From assembly GCA_964485495.1 (NCBI GenBank), contig CAZAKE010000002.1, positions 5,419 to 69,418 of the forward strand: a stretch of 64,000 nt of DNA. Reading direction: 5' to 3'. A program made the translations under genes and the position numbers. Within the stretch, counting starts at the first letter, position 1, and each line of letters opens with the position of its first letter. Source of the DNA: an uncultured Spirochaetales bacterium (GTDB taxonomy: Bacteria; Spirochaetota; Spirochaetia; CAZAKE01). Under the pieces are notes generated by a model. It did not search any database, was not told where the DNA came from, and saw only the letters and a list, made by a program, of their open reading frames with translations. This document shows positions 28,334-38,956 of this stretch, piece by piece.

Positions 28334-30003
28334 CACCGGAGAGGGAATTGCCAGATAGTTCGCATCCCGGTTCCTTCACCCTGAACTACTCCGACGGGTA
28401 TGCGGTCCTCACCGTACATCCCCCGACCGGTTCCGGTCGACCCGTGTATGCAGATGACATACTCAACAGGATGAAGATCCTGAAGATACCCGAGGTTCGT
28501 CTGCGCGATATCGAAGAGGTCATCGAACAATCTGCCGGCACACCGGTGAAACTCGTACAATGGCCTGCGGGCGAACGGCTATCGGCTAAGGTCGACATCA
28601 CCCTCAGTGACGATCGTATGATCGCGTTCGCCAGGATGCATCCGCCGCACAAGGGCGGTGGGGATCTGACCGAGCAGGATGTAATCGAGGCATTGGATGA
28701 ACAGGGTGTCATATATGGGATAGACCGTGACGAGATCCGGGTGCTGGTCGGTAGTACGGAGTATGAGATCGATCATCCCGTTGCCCATGGAACTCCCGTC
28801 CAACACGGCAAAGGCGCACGCGTCACCTACACGTTCAATACTGAAGTCGGGAAACCGTATCTCTTGATGGATTTCGACAGGATTAACTACAAGGAACTCA
28901 ACTTCATTCAGAACAAGGAGAAGGGAGACATACTCGCGGTTCTTCAGCCTTCCGAGGAGCCGAAAGACGGTACCGATGTCTTCGGTGAGAATATCCCCGC
29001 GGATCAGGCAGCGGCGTCCGTTGTCGTCCGGCCTGGAAAAAATGCGGCGTTCGATGACATCGGTGCGAAGATCGTGGCCTTGGCAAAGGGGAACGCAGTT
29101 CTCGATGGTGAGGTCATCCACGTTGAGCCGGTGGTGAACGTGAAGAACGTCAACTACGAGACCGGCAATATCGATTTCGACGGAAGTGTGGTGATTAGTG
29201 GGACCGTCGCCGACGGCTTTCGGGTAACGGCAACAGGTACCATAGAGGTCGGAGAATGTGCGGGAAAGTCGGAAATGCGAGCCGGCGGGAATGTGGTTCT
29301 GAAGGCCGGTATCAATGGAAACAAGGAAGGCACGATTTTTTGCGAAGGCGACCTGTACGCGAAGTATATCGAGTCGGCCACCGTGTCCTGTAACGGTAAT
29401 CTCTTCGTAGAGGAGGCTATCATGCATTCTTCCTGTTCCATCGTCGGTAACTTAGTGATGAGTGGAAAGCGGGCGGAGATCCTCGGTGGAACGACGGTCG
29501 TCGGCGGCAGTATATGGTGTAAGAAACTTGGCGGGCTCTATGGGAACCTTACCCGTGCATCTGTCGGCATCGAACCGGACCGGTTAAAGGAATATGCGGA
29601 CCAGCTTCACCGTCTCGGAAAGAAACGTGAAGACTTGAACACCGTCGACGTGAAAATTAAGCAGATAGAGCAGCATGGAGGCGGAAATCGGGACCCTGAG
29701 GAGATCGCCGACATGTACAGACAGCTGAAGTCTGTGGCGGAACAGCTGAGTGCAGATATTGCCTCACTCACCCAGCAGGTTCATGACGACCGTATCGAAC
29801 TCACGCCTGCAATCGATGCGTATTGTGTGGTGCAGGACCGCCTCTTTTCCGGCGTCACCATCTCGTTCGGTCTCGACGAGTATCACTCTCCTGAAAAGGG
29901 AACACGCAAGACGGTCCTCCGATGCATAGAGCGGAAAATCATCGAGACCGGATTCAATCCGGCGGATCCGCCACCGCTGAAATTTGAGGAAGAGAAACCA
30001 TGA
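28330..30003 (+). CDS. FapA/DUF342 family protein
   Basis: N-terminal FapA_N-like region then a long beta-solenoid of G-x-[IV] repeats (GNIDFDGSVVISGTV...) and a C-terminal coiled-coil. Confidence 0.7.
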   Translation: MTPERELPDSSHPGSFTLNYSDGYAVLTVHPPTGSGRPVYADDILNRMKILKIPEVRLRDIEEVIEQSAGTPVKLVQWPAGERLSAKVDITLSDDRMIAFARMHPPHKGGGDLTEQDVIEALDEQGVIYGIDRDEIRVLVGSTEYEIDHPVAHGTPVQHGKGARVTYTFNTEVGKPYLLMDFDRINYKELNFIQNKEKGDILAVLQPSEEPKDGTDVFGENIPADQAAASVVVRPGKNAAFDDIGAKIVALAKGNAVLDGEVIHVEPVVNVKNVNYETGNIDFDGSVVISGTVADGFRVTATGTIEVGECAGKSEMRAGGNVVLKAGINGNKEGTIFCEGDLYAKYIESATVSCNGNLFVEEAIMHSSCSIVGNLVMSGKRAEILGGTTVVGGSIWCKKLGGLYGNLTRASVGIEPDRLKEYADQLHRLGKKREDLNTVDVKIKQIEQHGGGNRDPEEIADMYRQLKSVAEQLSADIASLTQQVHDDRIELTPAIDAYCVVQDRLFSGVTISFGLDEYHSPEKGTRKTVLRCIERKIIETGFNPADPPPLKFEEEKP

Positions 30004-30147
30004 TACGACCAGAGAAAACCGAATCGGCCGAGGATTCTTAGAATCTATGAGTCAGAAGCGCGACGTTCGTGCCCATGTAGCAGTCGTGTCATAGTAGACT
30101 TTCGGATATCACCGATTCAAGGGTTTTGCGTCGTTTTTCGAGCCGGT

Positions 30148-30717
30148 TCATTCGACAGCCGAATTGAGAATGACCATGTGGAGATGATCATGCCACTTGC
30201 TGTCGATCTTCAGATACTTTCTTGCAAGCCCCTCTTCACGAAATCCGAGTTTTTGGGCGACCCTCAATGAAGGCGCATTTTCGGGTTGGATGTTCGCCTC
30301 TATGCGATGCAGGCGAACCGAGTCGAATACGTACCGAATGGCTGTGTCCAACGCTTCTGTCATATACCCTTTGCCTGTCTCGGAGGCATCTATGCTGTAT
30401 CCGAGGAAGCAGGAGAGAAAACATCCCTCGATGATCTGACTGAACGAGATGACGCCGATGATACGGGAGTAGGCGGAGTCCGATTTTCCGAAGATCCACA
30501 ACTTAAGGAGTTCCCCCCGTCGCATCTCCAGCCTTTCTCTCTTCAGAGACTCCCGTTGCAGCTGGATCGTATAGAAAGATTTTTCCCTGTGTGGTTCCCA
30601 TGGAGTTAGGTGCTTCCTGTTGCGGTGGTAATACTGAACGATTCTTCCAGCGAATGGTCGATCAAGCGTTCGAAGTATCAGTCTGTTTGTCGATAATCGG
30701 ACGTTGGAAAGATTCAC
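30148..30717 (-). CDS. GNAT family N-acetyltransferase (RimJ/RimL-like)
   Basis: Acetyl-CoA-binding motifs (RIIGVISF...; QPENAPSLRVAQKLGF). Confidence 0.8.
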   Translation of the reverse strand: MNLSNVRLSTNRLILRTLDRPFAGRIVQYYHRNRKHLTPWEPHREKSFYTIQLQRESLKRERLEMRRGELLKLWIFGKSDSAYSRIIGVISFSQIIEGCFLSCFLGYSIDASETGKGYMTEALDTAIRYVFDSVRLHRIEANIQPENAPSLRVAQKLGFREEGLARKYLKIDSKWHDHLHMVILNSAVE

Positions 30718-30875
30718 CCTACTCCTCTTGAAAAACGTATCTTTCGAGGAATTGGCCCTTGCGAGAAGGCCACCGTCGCAACCGGAAAATGATTACCGAA
30801 ATTATACACTCTTCTCATCTTTTTTTGCAGTATGTACTGTATGAGACGGTGGCGATGTGTGTATAGTATGCTGTC

Positions 30876-32873
30876 ATGAAGATGGAAGCTCCGGACACGG
30901 ATCTGTTGCTAAAATTCGCATCGGAACTGATCGCGGTCACTGATTTTACCGGTGTACTGGATAGGTTTCTGCAGGCGATTGGTAGAAGATGTACGGCCGA
31001 CTGGGCAGGGGTGTTTCTCCACTCCGACGGTGAGTATGCCTGGGAACTGTCCGGTATATGGAGTAGAAATTCTCAGTCACAGACTACGATTCCTTCGAGA
31101 GTAGAGAGTCCGACCGTATTGGAACACGAATTGTCACAGAACGGCTCGATGCTTTTCCGGCTATTCGAGGATACCCTGGAGACCGAAGGACTCTTGTTCG
31201 TACTTCGCGGGTCGGACCATATCGATGCCGATTGGAACGATGCGGACATGAATTTCCTCCGACATGCTTCCGAAATCCTGGGCCGGGCGCTGGAGCAGAA
31301 CCGGCGCACGGACGAATTCCGGGTCTTGTTCGACGATGTGCAGTCTCAGCTCGAGAAGTGGCATCGTGCCGAGGAGGAGAAGATCCTGCTTGTGACAGCC
31401 GTCGATCAGGCGGTGGATATGATCATCATGACCGACGACTCCGGAAAGATCCTGTATGTGAATCCCTCATTCGAGGTGAGTACCGGGTATAAACACATGG
31501 AGGTGTTCGGTCGGCATCTGAGTCTTCTTGAATCGAACTCCAAACCGACGAGATCCATCGCCAAGATGATGGAGACTATCCTCACCGGGCGAGAGTGGTC
31601 GGGCACGTTGTCCCTGACCTGTAAGGACGGATCCGGTCTCGAAGCCGAGGCCTCGATATCGCCGATCCGTAATGAGAACGGAGAGATAACCAACTTCGTA
31701 TCTGTTCAACACGATGTCTCCCGTGAGATCGAGCTTCGGCATCAGCTGGAGGAGGCACGGAAGCTCGAGAGTATCGGCGCGTTGGCCGGTGGTATCGCCC
31801 ATGACTTCAATAACCTGCTAACCCCGATAATTGGGTATTCCGAGTTGACCATGGAGTATGTCGAAGATAATCATCTCGCACTACAGAATCTTCAACGGAT
31901 CCTCAAGACCGCCAATAGGGCGAAGGCCCTCGTCAAGCAGATTCTCACATTCAGCCTCCAGGGTACTCACCCTATCGCACCGATCTATATTCAGCCTGTC
32001 ATCCGGGAGGCCGTGAGTCTCCTCAAGGTCTCCACGTCCGACTCGATTCAGGTTCGCCTCGAGATCGAGGAAGATTGCGGGATGGTATTCGGCGAAACCA
32101 CACAGATGCACCAGGTGCTCATGAACCTCCTGAAGAATGCCGTCGATGCGATGGAAGGTGAGAAGGGAGTACTCACCATCTCATTGGCGGAAGTATTCCT
32201 CACGGAAAAGGATATGGTGCGACTGAAGGTAAATCTTCCTCCGAACCGGTATGTCCGGATCTCGGTCAGAGATACCGGGAAGGGGATGGATCCGGCTATC
32301 AAGGAACGAATCTTCGAGCCGTATTTTTCGACTAAGGAACCTGGAAAGGGTACGGGTATGGGTCTATCGGTGCTCTACGGAATAGTAATCGGCTATGGTG
32401 GGGATATTCGTATCGAGAGTGAGCCTGGTATCGGGAGCGAGTTTTCTATTTATCTTCCTAGAGTAGAGGGTGCCGAACAGCTCCAGACCGATAGTACCGC
32501 GAAGAAAGCGAACATCATGTATGTGGATGATGACGAGTTGATTGCCGATCTCGTGCGAAATATGTTGGAAGGCCTTGGCTACTATGCTACAATCGAAATT
32601 ACCGGGGAAGGCGCCCTGGCGACATTCAAAGGCGATCCCGATTCGTATGACTGCATTATCACGGATTACACGATGCCGGGCATGAATGGTAGATCACTGG
32701 CCGAAGAAATTCATCGCATCCGGTCGGACATCCCGGTTCTCCTCTGTTCGGGCTTCAGCGAAGCATACACCGATCAGGAGGAAACACAAGGTGAATTTCA
32801 CGGAATAATAGTAAAGCCGATAGCGGTTGACGCCTTGGCCGAATCGATCGAGAAAGCCTTATCGGGTGGGTAA
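30876..32873 (+). CDS. hybrid sensor histidine kinase (GAF/PAS, HisKA, HATPase_c, C-terminal REC)
   Basis: H-box IAHDFNNLL, G-boxes GKGTGMGL, C-terminal receiver (MYVDDDE...ITDYTMPGMNG). Confidence 0.85.
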   Translation: MKMEAPDTDLLLKFASELIAVTDFTGVLDRFLQAIGRRCTADWAGVFLHSDGEYAWELSGIWSRNSQSQTTIPSRVESPTVLEHELSQNGSMLFRLFEDTLETEGLLFVLRGSDHIDADWNDADMNFLRHASEILGRALEQNRRTDEFRVLFDDVQSQLEKWHRAEEEKILLVTAVDQAVDMIIMTDDSGKILYVNPSFEVSTGYKHMEVFGRHLSLLESNSKPTRSIAKMMETILTGREWSGTLSLTCKDGSGLEAEASISPIRNENGEITNFVSVQHDVSREIELRHQLEEARKLESIGALAGGIAHDFNNLLTPIIGYSELTMEYVEDNHLALQNLQRILKTANRAKALVKQILTFSLQGTHPIAPIYIQPVIREAVSLLKVSTSDSIQVRLEIEEDCGMVFGETTQMHQVLMNLLKNAVDAMEGEKGVLTISLAEVFLTEKDMVRLKVNLPPNRYVRISVRDTGKGMDPAIKERIFEPYFSTKEPGKGTGMGLSVLYGIVIGYGGDIRIESEPGIGSEFSIYLPRVEGAEQLQTDSTAKKANIMYVDDDELIADLVRNMLEGLGYYATIEITGEGALATFKGDPDSYDCIITDYTMPGMNGRSLAEEIHRIRSDIPVLLCSGFSEAYTDQEETQGEFHGIIVKPIAVDALAESIEKALSGG

Positions 32874-33042
32874 TCATGATGGACCGAAAAGACATATGGG
32901 CACCTCCAATAACTAGATGTTTGGATGCCATGCACGTTCGAAAAACCATGCTATATAAGGAGTTACATATCCGCTACGTAGTACTATGGATGGTTTTTCG
33001 ATGTGCCGATATATCCGGCTGTTGCACATTCAGGAGTAACCG

Positions 33043-33420
33043 GTGGCGAATGTATTGGTGATTGACGATGAACTTGAAATCCAAGATCTACTCGTGCAGA
33101 TGCTCTCGAATGAGGGGCATACCGTCTTCTCTGCATCCGATGGAAACCAAGGTTTGGATGTCGTACATACCAAGCAGATTGACATTGTCATAACCGATAT
33201 CGTGATGCCCGAGAAGGGAGGCATCGAGACAATAATCGATATGCACAAGGAATATCCCGGCATCAAGATCCTGCCGATGTCCGGCAGGATAAACATGGAG
33301 CTGGATGTCTTCACGAACCTTTGCAACTATTTCGGTGCCGCCCAAGGTCTTGCGAAACCGTTCGGGCGAGAGGAGTTGCTGAAGGCGGTGAATTCACTGC
33401 TTGATGATGACGAGGAATAG
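33043..33420 (+). CDS. single-domain response regulator (CheY-like); GTG start
   Basis: VLVIDDE...IVITDIVMPEKGG...KPF. AGGAG RBS before the GTG at 33043. Confidence 0.8.
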   Translation: MANVLVIDDELEIQDLLVQMLSNEGHTVFSASDGNQGLDVVHTKQIDIVITDIVMPEKGGIETIIDMHKEYPGIKILPMSGRINMELDVFTNLCNYFGAAQGLAKPFGREELLKAVNSLLDDDEE

Positions 33421-33537
33421 CCGGTCACTAGAAAAACCAACCGTATCGCAGGGAATACCCCCCCCCTATCGGTTGGCGAGGTGAATTTGTACTCCCCATG
33501 TCCGAGACGGCGGTGGTTTTCTGCATGCCGCACAACC

Positions 33538-33592
33538 TTGACTTCCTAGATCAGGTATGGTACTATCAATTGAGAATGATTATCATGAGATA
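33538..33592 (+). promoter_or_regulatory. sigma70-like promoter (TTGACT-17-TACTAT) with adjacent Fur-box-like palindrome GAGAATGATTATCATGAGA
   Basis: TTGACT at 33538, TACTAT at 33561. ATGAT-T-ATCAT palindrome at 33571-33592 resembles the GATAATGATAATCATTATC Fur box. Confidence 0.5.
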
Positions 33593-33668
33593 ACAGGGGA
33601 GGTTTTCGGTGGAAAGTCGAAATGCGGAGGCGCGGTGGTCCCAAAGGTTCAGGAAGAGAGGATTAAGA

Positions 33669-34091
33669 ATGACACTTCCTCGGCAGGTAATCATCACGGT
33701 GTTGAATGATGCCTCCGGCTACCTCAGTGCGGAAGATGTGTTTATGCAGGTGCACGACGTATACCCTGGGATCGGATTGGCAACCGTATACAGAACCTTA
33801 CAGCTGTTGGATAAGATGGGCATTGTCACCAAGTTTGAATTTGGTGACGGGAAGGCCAGGTATGAACTGGTCACGGACGAACAGAAACACTATCATCTCC
33901 TGATTTGCGATAGTTGTTTCAAGGTTGTAAAATACGACGATTTTTCCGAGCAGGAGAGGAGACTGTATCAGAAGGTAAAGGAATCGCTGGAAGAGTCGCA
34001 TAATTACCGAATCCACCGCCACGTGATTCAATATTACGGGCTGTGCGAAGATTGCAGCGCCAAAAACGGTGAGTACCCCCGCTACGAATGA
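33669..34091 (+). CDS. fur: Fur family transcriptional regulator (Fur/Zur/PerR)
   Basis: N-terminal wHTH, HYHLLICDSC and CEDC zinc pairs. Alternative GTG start at 33609 with a GGGGAGG RBS. Confidence 0.85.
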   Translation: MTLPRQVIITVLNDASGYLSAEDVFMQVHDVYPGIGLATVYRTLQLLDKMGIVTKFEFGDGKARYELVTDEQKHYHLLICDSCFKVVKYDDFSEQERRLYQKVKESLEESHNYRIHRHVIQYYGLCEDCSAKNGEYPRYE

Positions 34092-34200
34092 GGGAGAGGT
34101 GCTTGCATCTATCTGCATTTAATGATAATTAAAATCAATACCAATTACGAAATACTCATCAGGGCGGTTTTACGCTGAGTGTATTTACGGAACTGGGGGA

Positions 34201-34899
34201 TTGTGGGTGAACCTCGAAATAGTATATGACAACGAATCGCGCGCTCCCGAGCTTCAGGCAGGTTGGGGTTTCTCTTGCATGGTCGCCCGAACGGTACTCT
34301 TCGATACCGGCGAAAACGGTCCGGCGCTCCTGAGGAATATACGAACGCTGGGGCTTGCCCTCGATGCCGTCCGGTGTGTTGCCATATCGCACGATCATTG
34401 GGATCATTGGGGCGGCTTGTGGGACTTGCTCGACGAAAGGACCGGGCTCACCGTGCATGGATGTCCGGGATTCGGCCAAGCGTTCAAAGACAACGTCACC
34501 GATCACGGCGGGCGACTGGAGATGTCCGACTCGATGCGTGAGATCGCCGAGGGTATCTACCTCTCTCCGCAGATGGAGACCGAGTATTCCGGAGAAGTCT
34601 TGGTAGAACAGGCGCTCTACTGTGTGACTGAGGGAGGGGTGTCGGTAATCACAGGCTGCGCTCATCCCGGCGTATTGTCGTTTGCACTCGATGCGGTCGG
34701 ACGGTTTCCGGAGGAGAGGCCGAATCTGATACTCGGAGGATTCCATCTGGGGTCCTATGCCCCCTTCGATGTTGATGGGATCATGAGCGAGTTGCGGCGT
34801 CTAGGGTTTACCCGCATTATCCCGACTCACTGTTCGGGGGAATACGCCGCCTCGCTGGGAACCGAGCGAAGTTGGGCGGGAAAACAATTTACGCTGTAA
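34201..34899 (+). CDS. MBL-fold metallo-hydrolase
   Basis: HDHWDHWGG metal-binding motif. TTG start. Confidence 0.7.
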   Translation: MWVNLEIVYDNESRAPELQAGWGFSCMVARTVLFDTGENGPALLRNIRTLGLALDAVRCVAISHDHWDHWGGLWDLLDERTGLTVHGCPGFGQAFKDNVTDHGGRLEMSDSMREIAEGIYLSPQMETEYSGEVLVEQALYCVTEGGVSVITGCAHPGVLSFALDAVGRFPEERPNLILGGFHLGSYAPFDVDGIMSELRRLGFTRIIPTHCSGEYAASLGTERSWAGKQFTL

Positions 34900-34984
34900 A
34901 ATTCCTCCGTTTACCGCATCCCGAGTACCGAGAAATTTACGGCATGCAACAAACTCTTCGGAATAGATGAAGGTGGAGATGACG

Positions 34985-35830
34985 ATGGAAGGACCCGTGA
35001 AAACGAAAGAGGTGATCGATCAATTTATCATCGATGAAGAGCCGAATTATATCCCCCAAGGCGACGAGGACCGGGCCTTCAAGGCCGCATACCGGTCGCA
35101 TATTCCACTCATCGTGAAGGGACCTACGGGATGCGGGAAGACCAGATTCATCGAGCACATGGCATACACCCTCGAGTTGCCGCTGATCACGGTATCATGC
35201 CATGAGGATCTCACCGCAGCCGACCTGGTCGGTCGCTACCTATTTAAAGACGACCAGACCGTGTGGCAGGACGGGCCCCTCACTCTGGCCGTCAGGTATG
35301 GCGGGATCTGCTATCTGGACGAGATAGTGGAGGCGAGGAAGGATACGACCGTGATTATCCACTCTTTGACCGATGACCGCAGGATGCTCTATTTAGACAA
35401 GACAGGGGAGGTGATCAAGGCACATCCGGCCTTCATGATGGTGCTCAGCTATAACCCCGGATATCAGAGTATCGTCAAGGATCTAAAACAGTCGACGAAG
35501 CAGCGGTTCGGAAGCCTCCTGTTCGGGTATCCGACGATCGAGGTCGAGACGAGGATCATCGCAACGGAGACGGGGCTTTCTACGGAAGAGAGCAGGCGAC
35601 TCGCCGAAATGGGTGTAAAGATCCGTGAGTTGAAGGGATATGGCCTGGATGAGGGAGTAAGCAGCCGTCTCCTGGTGTACGTGGGACGACTGATGAAGGA
35701 GGGGCTCTCCCCGGTGGAGGCCTGTACGTGTGCCATCAGTCAGACACTCGTCGATGAACATGAGATCATGGAATCCATCAAACATATCGTCGGGCTCTAT
35801 TTTGGCGAGACTGTCGGGGCAGTATCATAA
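34985..35830 (+). CDS. AAA+ ATPase, MoxR-class, CbbQ/NorQ/NirQ/GvpN family
   Basis: Walker A GPTGCGKT, Walker B CYLDEI, family-typical HPAFMMVLSYNPGYQ. ORF opens at 34967. Confidence 0.8.
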   Translation: MEGPVKTKEVIDQFIIDEEPNYIPQGDEDRAFKAAYRSHIPLIVKGPTGCGKTRFIEHMAYTLELPLITVSCHEDLTAADLVGRYLFKDDQTVWQDGPLTLAVRYGGICYLDEIVEARKDTTVIIHSLTDDRRMLYLDKTGEVIKAHPAFMMVLSYNPGYQSIVKDLKQSTKQRFGSLLFGYPTIEVETRIIATETGLSTEESRRLAEMGVKIRELKGYGLDEGVSSRLLVYVGRLMKEGLSPVEACTCAISQTLVDEHEIMESIKHIVGLYFGETVGAVS

Positions 35831-35861
35831 TTGTTGTGGAACACCGGTAGACCAACGCAAT

Positions 35862-38246
35862 ATGTCTGAAACTGTTTCATCCACAGGGACGGCGGCGCAT
35901 GAAGCCCGTGTCGGCGGCTTCGATCTCTCGAGCGTCTGTTGGGGGTATCGGGATATCTTCGCCCGTACCATCGAGGGGTTATTCGAACAGGGGCTCATCG
36001 GCGAGGAGCGGCAGGAGGTTACTCGACACTTCTTCTCTCTGCTCAAGTCGGCTGAGCAAAATCTCTTCGATCATGTGTTGAAGGAGCTGCTGGAATCGAT
36101 TGGCCCCCTGACGGCATGGATCCTGGATATTCCCTCACTGTTCGAAGAGGTCACTACCCTCGGCTGCAGATTTGCAGAAAATAAACTCTACTACGGTATC
36201 AACTACTTCAGGCTCCTCGGCGAAGGCGGATTGGGACGGACTCCTGAGCAGGTCGACTGCATGATCCGTCACTGTAAGAGCCTCATGACAGTGGATAACG
36301 AACTCGCGTTCGCGTTTCTCAAGGGGTTCGGATATCTCCTCGATCGGTTGACGTTGAACGAGATCGATGCATATGTCACGGAAGGACTACGGGTGTTCGC
36401 CCGGAACAGGAGTTCCGGATTGAAGTTCATGGAGTGTGCTCTCAAGGCATCCGAGAACGTCATCGTAGGTCTGACCAAGGAGTGCCGTCTCGATGAGAAG
36501 AAGACGCTCCTGGAACGGCTGTTGAGAGCCCTCTCCGGCCGGAAGATCGAGATCGGCAGCCTGGGAGAACTCGATGCCGATGAGCTGATAGAGCGTGATT
36601 CTCGTATGATCTGCATGTACAAGTGGCTGTATGTACCCGAGCGGATCAGATATTTCGAGTCGAAACCGGAGAATGAGCGCTGGTATCTGTTGCAGTGTAT
36701 CGCCGCATCCGCCCTTTTCGAGATCGAAAGCTTCCCGATGGTTCATGGACATCATGATTACGGAACCTGCGTCGACGTGCTGTCCCGCTCGCTGCAATCA
36801 TGCCTGGCGGCGATAAATCTCTTCATCATCGTAGAGTATACGCGCGGACTCGTACATGCCTACAGGATCTGGCCCGGAGCCCGCGAGATCATCGGGTGGG
36901 GTATCGGGGTAGAGTACGATGCGACACCTCCCCGTACTATTGCCGAGAAGCTTCTCTTTCGGTGTCTTCATGCGTTCGGTATTTATGGTCGTAACGACGA
37001 AAGTCGGCCTGGTCCCAATCTTGAGGAATCCGAACCGCTCGAGGCGATCTATCGGATCATCGGCACGACGGAGAATTTGTTCGACACAGCCAATCTCCTC
37101 ACGAAAGAACTGGTAGACCGTATGTCGAGTGAATACCCCGGTTTGGATACATCCGTTCTACGGTCTTTCGCCTTTCTTCCGGATTTTCTGTATCCGGGTT
37201 CAGTCAGTTCGCCTCCCAGGGACAAGATGATTGCGGACCTGAAATCGAAGGCGGAGAAAAAACGTGATACCGGAGATGATGATGACGGGGTTGCCGAATA
37301 CAACGAGGATGAATCCGGAGACGGTTCGGGTGATGAAGAGGAGGAGGGTGAGTCCGGCATCCCGGCAGCATACGTATACGATGAATGGAGCAGACCCGAA
37401 GGGGATTACCTGCGTGATTACTGTCTGGTGCATGAGGTGCGGCATAAACCCAAGGAGGGAGTCGGTGTTCCCGAGATCGTGCAGGAGGAGATGGAGCGGG
37501 TTCGGCGTGTGTTCGAGATGATAAAACCCTCAGTCGCCAGCAAGGAGAAGTATCTACCGGACGGCGATGAGATCAATCCGGATCTGTTGACCGAGTATCT
37601 CGTACAGAAAAAGCGTGAACCGTCGCCTTTCGTAAACTTCTACGAGAAACCGTTCATCAACAGACGAGATCTCTCGGTGCTGATCCTTCTGGATGTCAGC
37701 GGTTCCACCGGTGAGGAGAGTGGTTCGACGAAGATCCTTGATGTCGAGAAGAGTGCCGCCCTTCTCCTTGGCCAGGGATTGGCGTCCCTAGGCGACACCT
37801 TCTCCGTGTGCGGATTCAGCGGCAACGGCAGGGAAGACTGTCGCTTTTTTATCTATAAATCCTTCGAGGACACCTGGGATTATGAGGCCAAACACCGCAT
37901 ATACTCGGCTTGGCCGATGAGTTCCACCAGGATCGGCGCCGCACTACGGCACAGCGGCCACCTGATCTCGAAGATGTCTACCCGCCAGCGGCTTATAATT
38001 CTCGTCACCGACGGAAAACCGATGGATCAAGCCTATGATCCGGAAACTCGGTATGCCCAGGCGGACGTCAGGATGGCCTGTGAGGAGAACCGTAGGGAGG
38101 GGATCCACACGTTTTGCATCTCGACCACAGAAAACAGCCGGGCCGACATGGAGATCATGTTTCCCGAACGGCGGTTCGTGATTCTCGAGGACATCGCACA
38201 CCTTCCTGCTATTCTCCCTGGATTGTACATCCGGCTGACCATCTGA
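35862..38246 (+). CDS. CbbO/NorD-like protein with C-terminal von Willebrand factor A domain
   Basis: ~795 aa, acidic linker (DDDDGVAEYNEDESGDGSGDEEEEGE), C-terminal VWA with MIDAS DVSGSTG. Immediately follows the CbbQ-like ATPase. Confidence 0.7.
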   Translation: MSETVSSTGTAAHEARVGGFDLSSVCWGYRDIFARTIEGLFEQGLIGEERQEVTRHFFSLLKSAEQNLFDHVLKELLESIGPLTAWILDIPSLFEEVTTLGCRFAENKLYYGINYFRLLGEGGLGRTPEQVDCMIRHCKSLMTVDNELAFAFLKGFGYLLDRLTLNEIDAYVTEGLRVFARNRSSGLKFMECALKASENVIVGLTKECRLDEKKTLLERLLRALSGRKIEIGSLGELDADELIERDSRMICMYKWLYVPERIRYFESKPENERWYLLQCIAASALFEIESFPMVHGHHDYGTCVDVLSRSLQSCLAAINLFIIVEYTRGLVHAYRIWPGAREIIGWGIGVEYDATPPRTIAEKLLFRCLHAFGIYGRNDESRPGPNLEESEPLEAIYRIIGTTENLFDTANLLTKELVDRMSSEYPGLDTSVLRSFAFLPDFLYPGSVSSPPRDKMIADLKSKAEKKRDTGDDDDGVAEYNEDESGDGSGDEEEEGESGIPAAYVYDEWSRPEGDYLRDYCLVHEVRHKPKEGVGVPEIVQEEMERVRRVFEMIKPSVASKEKYLPDGDEINPDLLTEYLVQKKREPSPFVNFYEKPFINRRDLSVLILLDVSGSTGEESGSTKILDVEKSAALLLGQGLASLGDTFSVCGFSGNGREDCRFFIYKSFEDTWDYEAKHRIYSAWPMSSTRIGAALRHSGHLISKMSTRQRLIILVTDGKPMDQAYDPETRYAQADVRMACEENRREGIHTFCISTTENSRADMEIMFPERRFVILEDIAHLPAILPGLYIRLTI

Positions 38247-38413
38247 TCCGTCCTTTTCCTAAAATGACTCCCTTTTCTCTAAAATTTTGAAAAACCCTTG
38301 CAACTGGAAACGAGATGGATACAATTAATGAATAGTTGGGACTCTACGGCCGGCACACCGGCAGATTTCTGAGTTATGTGTATTAATTGAGAATCCTTAC
38401 TGAGGAGGAGATA

Positions 38414-38956
38414 ATGAGCGACGAGGTAAAAACCAAACGGACTACATCGGATGAAGATGATCTGTTTCTAGTCGATGATGAGGACGAAAACACGCAGGAC
38501 AACAAATACCTCCTGTTCAACATCGCCAACGAGGTGTACGGCATCGGAATCATGCACGTCACCGATATAATCGAGTTGCAGAAGATCACCGAAGTACCGG
38601 ATATGCCGGAGTATATCAAGGGAGTCATCAACCTTCGCGGTCGTGTCATACCGGTGATGGATCTGAGATTGCGATTCGGGCTGGAATCGAGAGAATACGA
38701 CGACCGCACCTGTATCATCATCGTGAACCTGAATGAGTCATCTATTGGATTCATCGTAGATACGGTCTCGGAGGTACACGACATCTATCAACAGGATATC
38801 GACCCGCCTCCCAACTTCAAGAGTTCTTCCGGCCGTGACAAATATATATCCGGTCTCGGAAAGATCGGTGATGAGGTGAGGATCCTGCTCGATGTCGATA
38901 AAATCCTGCAGCAGGATGAGATGCAGGCTCTCAAGGAGATGAGTGCCAATCAATAG
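38414..38956 (+). CDS. cheW: chemotaxis adaptor protein CheW
   Basis: CheW fold motifs (LLFNIANEVYGI, VINLRGRVIPVMDLR, IGFIVDTV). GAGGAGGAG RBS. Confidence 0.85.
   Translation: MSDEVKTKRTTSDEDDLFLVDDEDENTQDNKYLLFNIANEVYGIGIMHVTDIIELQKITEVPDMPEYIKGVINLRGRVIPVMDLRLRFGLESREYDDRTCIIIVNLNESSIGFIVDTVSEVHDIYQQDIDPPPNFKSSSGRDKYISGLGKIGDEVRILLDVDKILQQDEMQALKEMSANQ

Noticed and set aside
38247-38413. possible alternative-sigma (sigma28-like) promoter upstream of cheW
   Set aside because: Only weak resemblance (CTAAA...). Could not be supported without a genome-specific consensus.
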